A stretch of 64,000 bases of DNA. Origin: a bacterium UBP6_UBA1177. Lineage in GTDB: Bacteria > UBP6 > UBA1177. Each line of letters opens with the position of its first letter. Positions within the stretch are counted from its first letter, which is position 1. This document shows, one piece after another, positions 27,201 to 36,668 of this stretch. Under the pieces are notes generated by a model. The model saw nothing but the letters and a program-made list of their open reading frames with translations, had not been told where the DNA came from and did no database searches. The DNA lies in NCBI GenBank assembly GCA_002310995.1, contig DBYV01000042.1, positions 17,683-81,682 of the forward strand, read 5' to 3'. The position numbers and the translations under genes are program-made.

Positions 27201-27656
27201 GTGAATTTGAGACAGAATGCAGCAGCAGTTATTGAGAACAGTCAGGGGCTTATTCTTGCTTGTGAAAGACGTAATATCAGAGGTGCATGGCAACTTCCGC
27301 AAGGTGGAATTGACGATGGCGAAAGCGCAGAAGAGGCTGTCCTGCGCGAAGTCATGGAAGAGACTGGAATAACAAGCGAATTTTTGAAAATTGTCGGCCA
27401 TTCTTCAAAGGTTTCCTATCTCTTTCCGCACAATGTTACATGGAAATCAAAAAAAGGTAAGTACGACGGACAGGAACAGATATATTTTCACATTAAAATT
27501 GCCGATTCCGGATGGAAACTCGCCGAAAGAACAGAGGAATTTGTCTCTTTTGAGTGGATAACCAAAGAAGAGATGATAAAAAGGATCGTTCCTTTTAAGA
27601 AAGATTGCTACATCAAAGCTTTTAAAGAGCTTTTCGGAGAAAATTATGAAAACTGA
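27201..27656 (+). CDS. NUDIX hydrolase (RppH/NudH-like); GTG start
   Basis: Nudix box GGIDDGESAEEAVLREVMEETGI. Confidence 0.8.
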   Translation: MNLRQNAAAVIENSQGLILACERRNIRGAWQLPQGGIDDGESAEEAVLREVMEETGITSEFLKIVGHSSKVSYLFPHNVTWKSKKGKYDGQEQIYFHIKIADSGWKLAERTEEFVSFEWITKEEMIKRIVPFKKDCYIKAFKELFGENYEN

Positions 27657-28434
27657 AAACATAGGCAAACTGCTTGAAGTTATGCGGACTCTCCGCGGCG
27701 AGAACGGATGCCCGTGGGACAAAGAACAATCGATGACGAGCCTTCGTCCGTATATCATAGAAGAGGCTTTCGAGACAGTAGAAGCGCTCGACGAACTTGA
27801 TAAAAGTAAGCCTGAAACACTTGCTGAACTCAAAAAAGAGCTGGGGGATCTGCTTTTGCAGGTGGTTTTTGTCTCGCAAATTGCAAGCGAGGAAGGACTT
27901 TTCTGCTTTGAGGACGTAGCCGAAGCGATTACTGCGAAACTTATAACGCGCCATCCGCATGTTTTCGGTGACGCGAAGGTAAAGGACAGTGCAGAAGTTC
28001 TCACAAATTGGAATCTGATCAAAAAAAATAAGGAAAGCCGCAAACATCTGCTTGACGGAATTCCGAAATCCATGCCTTCAGTTCTTATTTCGCAAAGATA
28101 CACATCACGTGCCGCATCTGTCGGATTCGACTGGAAAAATGCCGAAGATACAATGAAAAAGGTCGAAGAGGAGAAGGCTGAACTCGCGGAAGCTGTAGAA
28201 CAGGGAAACCTTGACCACGTCGAGGAAGAGTTCGGGGATTTGATGTTCGCACTTGTCAACTACGGAAGAAAGCTCGGGCTTGACAGCGAAAAGGCTCTCA
28301 AAAGATGCGCTGAAAAGTTCAAAGCACGTTTCGACGAGATGGAAAACATCGACCCGACCTTTGTCGAAGGGGGAAAACCGCTTGACGAGCTTGAGGAGTT
28401 GTGGCAGAAAGCGAAGAAGAATCTGAGCAAGTGA
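27646..28434 (+). CDS. mazG: nucleoside triphosphate pyrophosphohydrolase MazG
   Basis: Tandem MazG domains; ...GCPWDKEQ...EEAFE... and second EExGDxxF motif (EEEFGDLMFAL). Confidence 0.85.
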   Translation: MKTENIGKLLEVMRTLRGENGCPWDKEQSMTSLRPYIIEEAFETVEALDELDKSKPETLAELKKELGDLLLQVVFVSQIASEEGLFCFEDVAEAITAKLITRHPHVFGDAKVKDSAEVLTNWNLIKKNKESRKHLLDGIPKSMPSVLISQRYTSRAASVGFDWKNAEDTMKKVEEEKAELAEAVEQGNLDHVEEEFGDLMFALVNYGRKLGLDSEKALKRCAEKFKARFDEMENIDPTFVEGGKPLDELEELWQKAKKNLSK

Positions 28435-29984
28435 TCGGAGTGATTGTGCATAAATATATTGTTTTTTTTCTTTGTTTTATGCTTGTTTCGGCTTTGTTTG
28501 CCGATATTTCGAAGGAATTCGACTTCCTTCACAGCGCATCTTTTTCTTTTAAGAACAACATTCCCTACATCCGAGTTCATGTGAAGAGTTATGAAAACGG
28601 TACGAAGATAGAAAATATAAGGAGTTTTGAGTGCGGAAACAGCGAAATTAATGCTAAATCATTGATTTTTTCAGTCTCAAATTTTACTCCTGCAGTAGTG
28701 AAATACAGAATTGCTTTTCAGGAACTTGCCCAGAACGAGCTTAAAAGTCATGCCGAAAAGTCGAAACTCTGGAGCATAAAAACCGGAATGGAAACTGAAA
28801 TTTTTGTCCATGGTGCGATATTTTCGATAAACAAATCCACCATCGACAACCGCGAATACTTTATAGTTTCAAAAGAGCTTTTTGAAAAGTCAAAAGCTGA
28901 AGAATTACTCAATAAATTCAGAGAGTTGTTTCCTGACTATAGCATTGTTTCGATTCCGGTTCACGAAAGCAATGCAGGTTCTGTAATAAATGTGAAAACC
29001 GATGACGGAAAGAACTATAAGTGCCAGAATTTAATACTGATTCACCCTAAACCAGGCTTCATGACCGGTGAAGATTCATACTCAGACGGCAGAAACTATT
29101 TTCTCACTCCGACTGAAAAAGGAAGAGGTGAACTTGTTATAGAAGATTCCGTCGAAAATATTCTACATCGGATTTTGCCAGGTGAGATGTTTTTGTCTGC
29201 TCCGCTTGAAACCCTCAAGGCACAGGCTGTTGCGGCAAGAACCGATATTTTCATGCAGCTCGGTAAGCGACACGTTTCCGAAATATGGCACATTTGCAGT
29301 GAAGTCCACTGTCAGAAAGTAATCTGGGACGGAAAAATCGATTCAAAATTTGTTCAGGCGGTAAAGGAGACGGAAGGGCAGGTGCTTCTTTTCAACGGAA
29401 CTCATGTTGCGCGGGCTCCTTACTGTTCAAGTTCAGGTGGTAGGACTGAAGACATCAGAAACGTCTGGTTTACCGCAGAAAAACCTTATCTGACCGGCGT
29501 ATGGGATGGCGACGAACCGCTTCAACTAGACCTTTCCAAAGAAGCTGACCTCCAAAAATTTCTTGCAAGCGACTACGGCGAGGACAACCTGAAAATGAAC
29601 AAGCGCCACCGCTGGAAAGTCGAGTTTCCGCAGGAAAAAATCGATGAACTTCTTAAATCACGAAAAAATATAGGAAAACTCAAGGAAATCAGGTCATTGC
29701 AGCGCGGAGTCTCCGGCAGGATCTACAAGGCTGAATTTGTCGGCACACTCTCTTCGCTTGTTGTTTACGGAGAACTTAATATCCGAAGATTACTGGATAA
29801 TTTATATAGTTCCGCCTTCCTTGCACACAAAGATGGTGATATATGGATTTTTGAAGGAATGGGTTGGGGACACGGCGTCGGAATGAGCCAGATGGGAGCC
29901 ATTTCGCTCGGTAAAAAAGGACGCGATTTCAGCTTCATTCTTAAAAGATACTATCCTAAAACTGATATAATAAAGATTTACTGA
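28431..29984 (+). CDS. SpoIID/LytB-domain protein (peptidoglycan lytic-transglycosylase/amidase-enhancer family), secreted; exact start uncertain (GTG cluster 28431-28446)
   Basis: Signal peptide IVFFLCFMLVSALFA. C-terminal SpoIID signature ...CSSSGGRTE...WGHGVGMSQMGA. Confidence 0.75.
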   Translation: MIGVIVHKYIVFFLCFMLVSALFADISKEFDFLHSASFSFKNNIPYIRVHVKSYENGTKIENIRSFECGNSEINAKSLIFSVSNFTPAVVKYRIAFQELAQNELKSHAEKSKLWSIKTGMETEIFVHGAIFSINKSTIDNREYFIVSKELFEKSKAEELLNKFRELFPDYSIVSIPVHESNAGSVINVKTDDGKNYKCQNLILIHPKPGFMTGEDSYSDGRNYFLTPTEKGRGELVIEDSVENILHRILPGEMFLSAPLETLKAQAVAARTDIFMQLGKRHVSEIWHICSEVHCQKVIWDGKIDSKFVQAVKETEGQVLLFNGTHVARAPYCSSSGGRTEDIRNVWFTAEKPYLTGVWDGDEPLQLDLSKEADLQKFLASDYGEDNLKMNKRHRWKVEFPQEKIDELLKSRKNIGKLKEIRSLQRGVSGRIYKAEFVGTLSSLVVYGELNIRRLLDNLYSSAFLAHKDGDIWIFEGMGWGHGVGMSQMGAISLGKKGRDFSFILKRYYPKTDIIKIY

Positions 29985-29994
29985 GAGGTGAGAA

Positions 29995-31518
29995 ATGAGT
30001 GATGACAAAAGAGTAATGCTGATGATTCTTGACGGTTTCGGAATCAGGGAAAGCAGTGATTTCAACGCGGTAAAAACGGCGAAAACGCCGAATATAGACA
30101 GGCTTCTTGCAAATTCACCGAAATGCCAGCTCTCTGCAAGCGGTCTTGATGTCGGACTTCCGAAAGGACAGATGGGAAACAGTGAAGTCGGACACACCAA
30201 TATTGGTGCCGGAAGAGTCGTTTATCAGGATCTCACTAGAATCGACAAATCGATAGAAGACGGCAGTTTTTTTGAAAATCCGGTGCTTAAAGAGACTGTG
30301 AAAGAACTCAAAATTCACGGTGGAACGCTTCATCTCATGGGGCTGGTTTCTCCCGGCGGAGTCCACAGCTCGATGGATCACCTTTACGCTCTGCTTGAAT
30401 TCGGCAAAAGAAACAAACTCGAAGTCGTCGTCCACTGCTTCCTTGACGGCCGCGACACGCCGCCTCAAAGCGCGATAAACTATGTGAGAGAGCTTGACGA
30501 GAAGATGAAAAAAGAAGGTCTCGGCGAAATCGCGACAGTTATGGGGAGATTCTACGCTATGGACCGCGACAACCGCTGGGAAAGGGTAGAGCAGGCTTAC
30601 GATGCGCTCACGCTTGGCTTAGGTCTGCGCGCTGAAACACCGGTTGATGCTATTCTCAACTCATACGCGAGAGGCGAATACGACGAGTTCGTCCGTCCGA
30701 CGATAATAATGAACGACTGCGGCTTCCCGAAAGGTGTCATGCGTGACGAGGACGCTGTCATTTTCTTTAATTTCAGAGCCGACCGCGCAAGAGAGATCTC
30801 AATGGCACTCAATTTCGACGATTTCAACGGCTTTATGAGAAAGCAGAGAGTCACTTTCAGCCAGTATGCGACAATGACGCAGTATCGCGCCGATTTTCCG
30901 TTCCCGGTTCTTTTTGAGCATGAAGAACTTAAAAACATTCTCGGCGAAGTCGTTTCAAAGGCTAAAAAAACGCAGCTCAGAATCGCCGAGACCGAGAAAT
31001 ATGCCCACGTCACATTCTTTTTTAACGGCGGAAAAGAGACCGTTTTTGACGGCGAGGAGAGGATTCTCGTTCCTTCGCCGAAAGTTCAGACTTATGACCT
31101 TAAACCCGAGATGAGCGCTTATGAAGTTACTGATCAACTTCTTGAAAATATTGAAAAATTTGATTTAGTTATCCTCAATTTCGCAAACCCCGATATGGTT
31201 GGTCACACCGGTGTCATGGAAGCGGCAGTCAAGGCGATTGAGGCGATTGACGAGTGCGTCGGCAAAATCATGGCAAAAGTTGAAGAAGAGGGGAGAGTGC
31301 TTATTCTTACAGCTGATCACGGCAACAGCGAGCAGATGTTCGACGAAACGACGAACGCTCCTCATACAGCTCACACTACAAATCCGGTTCCATTCGCGAT
31401 TTACAACTATAAAAATGTCGATTTGCATAACGGAATCCTTGCCGACATCGCGCCGACAATTCTCAAAATAATGGGGCTTGAAATTCCGTCGGAAATGACA
31501 GGAAAGGAACTTTTCTAA
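29995..31518 (+). CDS. gpmI: 2,3-bisphosphoglycerate-independent phosphoglycerate mutase
   Basis: 507 aa. N-terminal LMILDGFG, catalytic-Ser region, C-terminal metal-binding TADHGN motif. Confidence 0.9.
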   Translation: MSDDKRVMLMILDGFGIRESSDFNAVKTAKTPNIDRLLANSPKCQLSASGLDVGLPKGQMGNSEVGHTNIGAGRVVYQDLTRIDKSIEDGSFFENPVLKETVKELKIHGGTLHLMGLVSPGGVHSSMDHLYALLEFGKRNKLEVVVHCFLDGRDTPPQSAINYVRELDEKMKKEGLGEIATVMGRFYAMDRDNRWERVEQAYDALTLGLGLRAETPVDAILNSYARGEYDEFVRPTIIMNDCGFPKGVMRDEDAVIFFNFRADRAREISMALNFDDFNGFMRKQRVTFSQYATMTQYRADFPFPVLFEHEELKNILGEVVSKAKKTQLRIAETEKYAHVTFFFNGGKETVFDGEERILVPSPKVQTYDLKPEMSAYEVTDQLLENIEKFDLVILNFANPDMVGHTGVMEAAVKAIEAIDECVGKIMAKVEEEGRVLILTADHGNSEQMFDETTNAPHTAHTTNPVPFAIYNYKNVDLHNGILADIAPTILKIMGLEIPSEMTGKELF

Positions 31519-31539
31519 AAATTAATAAAGAGGGAAATC

Positions 31540-33210
31540 ATGACTAACGACTTGTTTTCATTGAAAATTTCAATTCCAGAAGGTGAGAAGCCAGAATCTG
31601 TCGCCAAGGGAACGAAATTCATTGACATCGCTCCAAAATATCAGGAATACTACAAATTCCGCATCATAGGAGCGGTTTTCAATAATGAATTCTGCGACTT
31701 GAGCAAAGAGATTCCCGGGGACGGGAAAGTCGAATTCTTCACGATGGAGAACAGGGACGGTTATCTTTTTTACCTCAGAAGCATACTTTTCGTAATGATA
31801 AAGGCGGCAAAAGAAATTTTTCCGCATGCGATTCTTCATATCGAATACAGCATCGGCAACGGATACTACTGCTGGTTTGAAGGGCTTGAGTGGCTTGAGG
31901 CTGGCGATGTCGAGTGTATTTCGGCAAGAATGAGAGAAATAATCGATGCCGATATGCCTTTTGTGCGCCAGAATGTTACTACAGAACAGGCAATCGAGGA
32001 ATTCAGGAAACAGGATCTTTTAGACAAAGTTTCACTTTTCAAAATCAGGACGCAGCCGCGCACCAATATTTACTGGCTCGGTCAGACTGTAGGCTATTTT
32101 TCGGGTTATCTTCTTCCTTCGACTTCGTACTGTGACAAATTCCACCTTATGCACTACAAAAACGGAATAGTTCTCCTTATTCCTTCACAGAATGATCCAG
32201 ACACAGTTCCGGCGTTTCAGGACAGCCCGAAATATTTTGACATTATCCAGGAACACAGCGAATGGCTTGACGTTCTGGAACTTGATACCTGCGCGAAGCT
32301 CAATGACTGGATAAGGCGCGGTTTCAGTAACAAAATTATCCTTCTCTGCGAGGCTCTGCACGAGAAAAAACTGGCGAAAATAGCAGATGAAATCTACCGC
32401 CGCCGCAAAATGGTAAGAATAGTTTCCATCGCCGGTCCGAGTTCTAGTGGAAAGACTACAACGGCGAACAGACTCTGTGTCCAGCTCCGCGTCAACGGAA
32501 TACGGCCCTTCCTGATTTCGCTTGACGACTACTTCATTGACCGCGACAAAACTCCGAAAGACGAGAAAGGCGAGCACGATTTTGAGTCTCTTGCGGCGAT
32601 AAATATCGAACTTTTCAATAAAAATCTGAACGACCTTATGTCCGGAAAAGCAGTTACTCTTCCGAGATACGATTTCAAAACCGGAAAAAGTTGCTCTGAC
32701 GGCAAAACGATAATTCTGCCAGAGAACGGAGTGCTTGTAATCGAGGGCATTCACGGTCTAAATCCCAATCTTTACGCTGATGTCCCGAAATACAATGTTT
32801 ACAAGATTTATGTTAGCGCGCTTACGGCTCTAAATATCGATAATCACAATAGAATTCCTACAACAGACGGCAGACTTATACGCAGAATGGTGCGCGATTT
32901 CCAGTACCGCGGTCATTCGCCGATAGACACTTTAAAACGATGGGCTTCAGTTAGAAACGGCGAGGACAAGAATATTTTCCCGTATCAGGAAAACGCTGAT
33001 GCGATGTTTAATTCTACATTCGTCTGCGAGTTCAGTATCCTGAAAAAATATGCAGAACCTCTTCTTCGTCAGGTTCCGACTAATATTCCAGAATACCGTG
33101 AAGCGAAAAGGCTTCTTAAATTCCTCTCTTTCTTTGAAGAAATAGATGATTCGACACTTCCCTTAAACTCAATTCTTCGCGAGTTCGTAGGCGACAGTAT
33201 TTTCAGATAG
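31540..33210 (+). CDS. long-form uridine kinase/PRK-family P-loop kinase with N-terminal ThrRS/AlaRS-like (TGS/SAD) domain
   Basis: Walker A IAGPSSSGKTT followed by LISLDDYF, typical of Udk/PRK. About 290-aa N-terminal extension. Confidence 0.6.
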   Translation: MTNDLFSLKISIPEGEKPESVAKGTKFIDIAPKYQEYYKFRIIGAVFNNEFCDLSKEIPGDGKVEFFTMENRDGYLFYLRSILFVMIKAAKEIFPHAILHIEYSIGNGYYCWFEGLEWLEAGDVECISARMREIIDADMPFVRQNVTTEQAIEEFRKQDLLDKVSLFKIRTQPRTNIYWLGQTVGYFSGYLLPSTSYCDKFHLMHYKNGIVLLIPSQNDPDTVPAFQDSPKYFDIIQEHSEWLDVLELDTCAKLNDWIRRGFSNKIILLCEALHEKKLAKIADEIYRRRKMVRIVSIAGPSSSGKTTTANRLCVQLRVNGIRPFLISLDDYFIDRDKTPKDEKGEHDFESLAAINIELFNKNLNDLMSGKAVTLPRYDFKTGKSCSDGKTIILPENGVLVIEGIHGLNPNLYADVPKYNVYKIYVSALTALNIDNHNRIPTTDGRLIRRMVRDFQYRGHSPIDTLKRWASVRNGEDKNIFPYQENADAMFNSTFVCEFSILKKYAEPLLRQVPTNIPEYREAKRLLKFLSFFEEIDDSTLPLNSILREFVGDSIFR

Positions 33211-33212
33211 TA

Positions 33213-35723
33213 TCAGTCAATTTCGAATTTTACAGGTTTGATATCCCAGATATCTTCGGCATATTCGCGGATCGTTCTGTCTGACGAGAATTTACCGCTT
33301 CTTGCTGTATTGAGAATCGACATTTTTGTCCACGCGGTTTTGTCGAGATAAACTTTTTCGACTTTATCCTGCATATCGACGTACGAACGGTAGTCGGCGA
33401 GGAGCATGTAGTTGTCTCCGTAGTTTACCAAATCGTCGTAAAGCCTTGAAAATATTCCAGGTTCCGAGTTGAAGTGATCGTTTTTGATCATGTCGAGAAC
33501 CTGTTTCAGCTCGGGATCGGAATCGTAGTAGTTACGCGGATTGTAGCCTGTTACCTTCATTTCGCTCACTTCGTTTGCCTTGAGACCGAAAATGAAGATG
33601 TTGTTTGCACCGACTTCTTCGAGCATTTCGACATTTGCGCCGTCGAGAGTTCCGATTGTCATAGCGCCGTTGAGCATGAATTTCATGTTTCCGGTGCCGC
33701 TCGCTTCGAATCCCGCAGTCGAAATCTGCTCCGAAAGATCGCTTGCCGGAATGACTTTTTCAGCCATCGAAACGGAGTAGTTGGGGAAGAAGAAAACGTT
33801 GAGATACTTGTTGACAGCCGGATCGTTATTGACAACGGAAGCTACTGAATTTATTAACTTTATAATCATTTTTGAAATGTAGTAGCCTGGAGCCGCCTTG
33901 CCGCCGAAAATCTTCGTTCTCGGGACAAAGTTGCCGTTCGGATTGCTCTTTATCCTGTTGTAAAGCGTAATCGTGTGGAGAACGTTGAGAAGCTGTCTCT
34001 TGTATTCGTGCATTCTTTTGACCTGAACGTCGAACATCATATCGGTGTTGAGATCGAAGCCGAGTTTGTCGTGAGCGTAAACTTTAAGCCTTTCTTTTGC
34101 CTGAGCCTTTGCGTCAGCCCATGCAGCCTGGAACTCTTTGTCGTCTGCAAATTCTTCAAGCTTTCTGAGCTCGTCAAGGTTCGAGACCCAGTTTTTTCCG
34201 ATTTTTGAAGAGATGAGATCTGACAAAGGAATATTCGATTTCTCAAGCCATCTTCTCGGGGTTATACCGTTGGTTTTATTGACGATTTTGCCGGGATAAA
34301 GCTCGTCAAAATCCTTGAACATGCTCTCTTTCAGGATTTTTGTGTGGAGCGCGCTGACGCCGTTCACTTTGTGGCTTCCGATTATCGCGAGGTTAGCCAT
34401 TCTGACGAATTTGCAGCCTGATTCCTCGAAAATCGAGACATCTTTGATCCGTTTTACATCGAAATTGCGGAAATCACGCGCTTCGTTGATGAATCTGCGG
34501 TTGATTTCGTAGATTATCTGAAGCTGTCTCGGAAGGAGCGGTCCCATGATTTCGACATCCCACTTTTCGACTGCTTCGGGAAGAACCGTGTGGTTCGTGT
34601 AGGCAAAAGTGTTGCGCGTTATTTCCCACGCTTCGTTCCAGCCAAGTTTTTCTTCGTCGATGAGGATCCTCATAAGTTCCGGGATCGCGATGCTCGGATG
34701 TGTGTCGTTGAGCTGGATCGCAACTTTTGACGGGAAATCATCGAATTTTTCGGTTCCGTAATTCTTTTTATAGTGGCGGATGATGTCCTGCAGAGTTGCC
34801 GAAACGAAGAAATACTGCTGTTTCAGTCTCAGGACTTTGCCCTGCTGCATGTTGTCGTTGGGGTAGAGGACTTTCGAGATGTTTTCGCTTCTGTTTTTGT
34901 CGTTTACAGCCGCCATGTAGTCGCCGCTGTTGAAGTAGTGGAAGTCGAATTCGTTCGTGCTTTTCGCCTGCCACAGACGGAGATTGTTGACGGTCGGAGT
35001 CTTGTAGCCCGGAACCGGAACGTCGTAAGCCTGCGCCAGAACATCCTCGGTGTCGACGAGTTTGTATCTCTCTTCACCGTTGTCATCGCGGTAGGAAACG
35101 ACTTTGCCGCCGAAACGGACTCTGTATTCAAGGTCGGGACGGCAGATTTCCCACGGGCAGGTGTATTTGAGCCAGTTGTCTGGAACTTCGACCTGATAAC
35201 CGTTTTCGATGCCCTGACGGAAAATTCCGTATTCGTATCTGATGCCGTATCCGTATGCCGGAAGTCCCAGAGTCGCCATCGAATCGAGGAAACACGCAGC
35301 AAGCCTGCCGAGACCGCCGTTGCCGAGTCCCATGTCGGGTTCCATATCGCGGAGTTCTTCCATATTGTAGCCAAGTTTTTCGGCAAGACGCGAGACTTCG
35401 TCGTGGCAGTCAAGGTTGATGAGAGTGTTTCCCATGAGGCGTCCCATTAGGAATTCCATCGAAAGGTAGTAAACCCTTTTTGCCTTGTTTCTGCGGTATT
35501 CGTGCTGGGTACGAAGCCAGTTGCGGATAAGTTTATGACGGATTGTCGTGGCAAGTGCGATGTAAACGTCTCTAGCTTTGACCGTGGTTTTATCCTTTAC
35601 CTGGTTGTATTCAAGCGTTTCAAGTAAATCTCGCTCGAAAAGTGACGATTTTTCGTTTAAAGTATCTGTGAAAAATATTGAATCCTTGAGTTCATCTCTT
35701 GTTTTAGTCATAAAATCCTCCAA
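33213..35723 (-). CDS. glgP: glycogen/maltodextrin phosphorylase
   Basis: 836 aa. Pyridoxal-phosphate site EASGTGNMKFMLNGA and other GT35 landmarks. Confidence 0.9.
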   Translation of the reverse strand: MEDFMTKTRDELKDSIFFTDTLNEKSSLFERDLLETLEYNQVKDKTTVKARDVYIALATTIRHKLIRNWLRTQHEYRRNKAKRVYYLSMEFLMGRLMGNTLINLDCHDEVSRLAEKLGYNMEELRDMEPDMGLGNGGLGRLAACFLDSMATLGLPAYGYGIRYEYGIFRQGIENGYQVEVPDNWLKYTCPWEICRPDLEYRVRFGGKVVSYRDDNGEERYKLVDTEDVLAQAYDVPVPGYKTPTVNNLRLWQAKSTNEFDFHYFNSGDYMAAVNDKNRSENISKVLYPNDNMQQGKVLRLKQQYFFVSATLQDIIRHYKKNYGTEKFDDFPSKVAIQLNDTHPSIAIPELMRILIDEEKLGWNEAWEITRNTFAYTNHTVLPEAVEKWDVEIMGPLLPRQLQIIYEINRRFINEARDFRNFDVKRIKDVSIFEESGCKFVRMANLAIIGSHKVNGVSALHTKILKESMFKDFDELYPGKIVNKTNGITPRRWLEKSNIPLSDLISSKIGKNWVSNLDELRKLEEFADDKEFQAAWADAKAQAKERLKVYAHDKLGFDLNTDMMFDVQVKRMHEYKRQLLNVLHTITLYNRIKSNPNGNFVPRTKIFGGKAAPGYYISKMIIKLINSVASVVNNDPAVNKYLNVFFFPNYSVSMAEKVIPASDLSEQISTAGFEASGTGNMKFMLNGAMTIGTLDGANVEMLEEVGANNIFIFGLKANEVSEMKVTGYNPRNYYDSDPELKQVLDMIKNDHFNSEPGIFSRLYDDLVNYGDNYMLLADYRSYVDMQDKVEKVYLDKTAWTKMSILNTARSGKFSSDRTIREYAEDIWDIKPVKFEID

Positions 35724-35765
35724 AAAATCAAAAAAGCGAAAAAAACAAGCCGCATTTATATTGTT

Positions 35766-36527
35766 TTAGAGCGAAATTTCAAATTTTACGACAAATTCTA
35801 TTAGAGAGAGGGCCGCAGAGCCGTCAGCAAGTTTTCCAGGCGAGAATTTGTATTTTTTTACTGCTTTGAGAGCTGATTCCGAAAAAAGTTCGTGGTCGCT
35901 TTTTATAACTTTGGCTTTAAGCACCTTTCCATCTTTTGAAATCAGAAGCTCGAGAGTGACTGTTCCTTCAATGCCTTCTTCTTCGAGAACTTCAGGATAA
36001 TCAGGGGTTTTCGGATTCAGAGCCTTTGGAATCACGGCAAGCTCACCGGCAGTTTTCGGGGCGTCGTTGCTGTCGTCACGCGGCGCCGTGTTTTCCGTGT
36101 CGTTATCCCGTGATCCCGGTATAACGTTATTCCGATTTTCGGCGCTGCCTTTTTCGTCGTAACGTCGTTCCGTCGTCACGTCGTCACGGTTTTCGGCGCC
36201 GCTGTTTTTTTCGTTCGGCGCCGTGTTTTTTGTGTCGTTATCACGTGATCCCGTTATAACGTTATTCCGACTTTCGGCGCTGGTTGTCTTATCGATATTT
36301 CGATTTGGCGCGCGTTTCTTATCGATATTTCGAGGTTTCGGTATTTCGACATTTCGATTTTCCGGCGCGCTTTTGTTTTCTTCACGAAAAATCGAAATTT
36401 TTGTTATTTTCTTTAGGTAATCATTTGAATTTATTTCACTTTTTAATTCGGGCGCAAAAATGAAAATCAAAACATGAAGCAATATTGAAAGCACGATTGC
36501 GATTATGAGAAAACGGTGTTTTTTCAA
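35766..36527 (-). CDS. tonB: TonB-family energy transducer (N-terminal TM anchor, repeat-rich linker, C-terminal TonB_C domain)
   Basis: TM helix LIIAIVLSILLHVLIFIFA. Linker of imperfect repeats (ENRNNVI(P/T)GSRDNDT(E/K)NTAP, RN(I/V)DK). C-terminal ...GTVTLELLISKDGKVLKAKVIKS... Confidence 0.7.
   Translation of the reverse strand: MKKHRFLIIAIVLSILLHVLIFIFAPELKSEINSNDYLKKITKISIFREENKSAPENRNVEIPKPRNIDKKRAPNRNIDKTTSAESRNNVITGSRDNDTKNTAPNEKNSGAENRDDVTTERRYDEKGSAENRNNVIPGSRDNDTENTAPRDDSNDAPKTAGELAVIPKALNPKTPDYPEVLEEEGIEGTVTLELLISKDGKVLKAKVIKSDHELFSESALKAVKKYKFSPGKLADGSAALSLIEFVVKFEISL
36060..36400. repeat. CG-dinucleotide-rich palindromic repeat block (ATAACGTTAT, CGTCGTAACGTCG, TCGATATTTCGA) forming the coding repeat linker of the tonB-like gene; same family as 3386..3460, 10741..10832, 37935..37995
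   Basis: Two near-identical 60-bp units contain the perfect palindrome ATAACGTTAT. cttatcgatatttcga occurs twice. Its reverse complement matches the array upstream of znuC. Confidence 0.7.
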
Positions 36528-36668
36528 GTCTCACCTTTGAAATAAAACCAAAAAAGCAGCTGATTATACGCGTTAAAACGGATTCTTGAATTTTATTTTA
36601 TTATGTCGTTTTTGCTTTTTTGCCATTCATAAGTAATATTCCCCGTTTTTTGATTTTTGGAGGAAAAA

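Noticed and set aside
36528-36668. Possible T-box leader upstream of tyrS (and similarly gltX, asnS)
   Set aside because: No T-box consensus (AATTAGGGTGGNACCGCG) or specifier/antiterminator structure is visible. Leaders are short and AT-rich.
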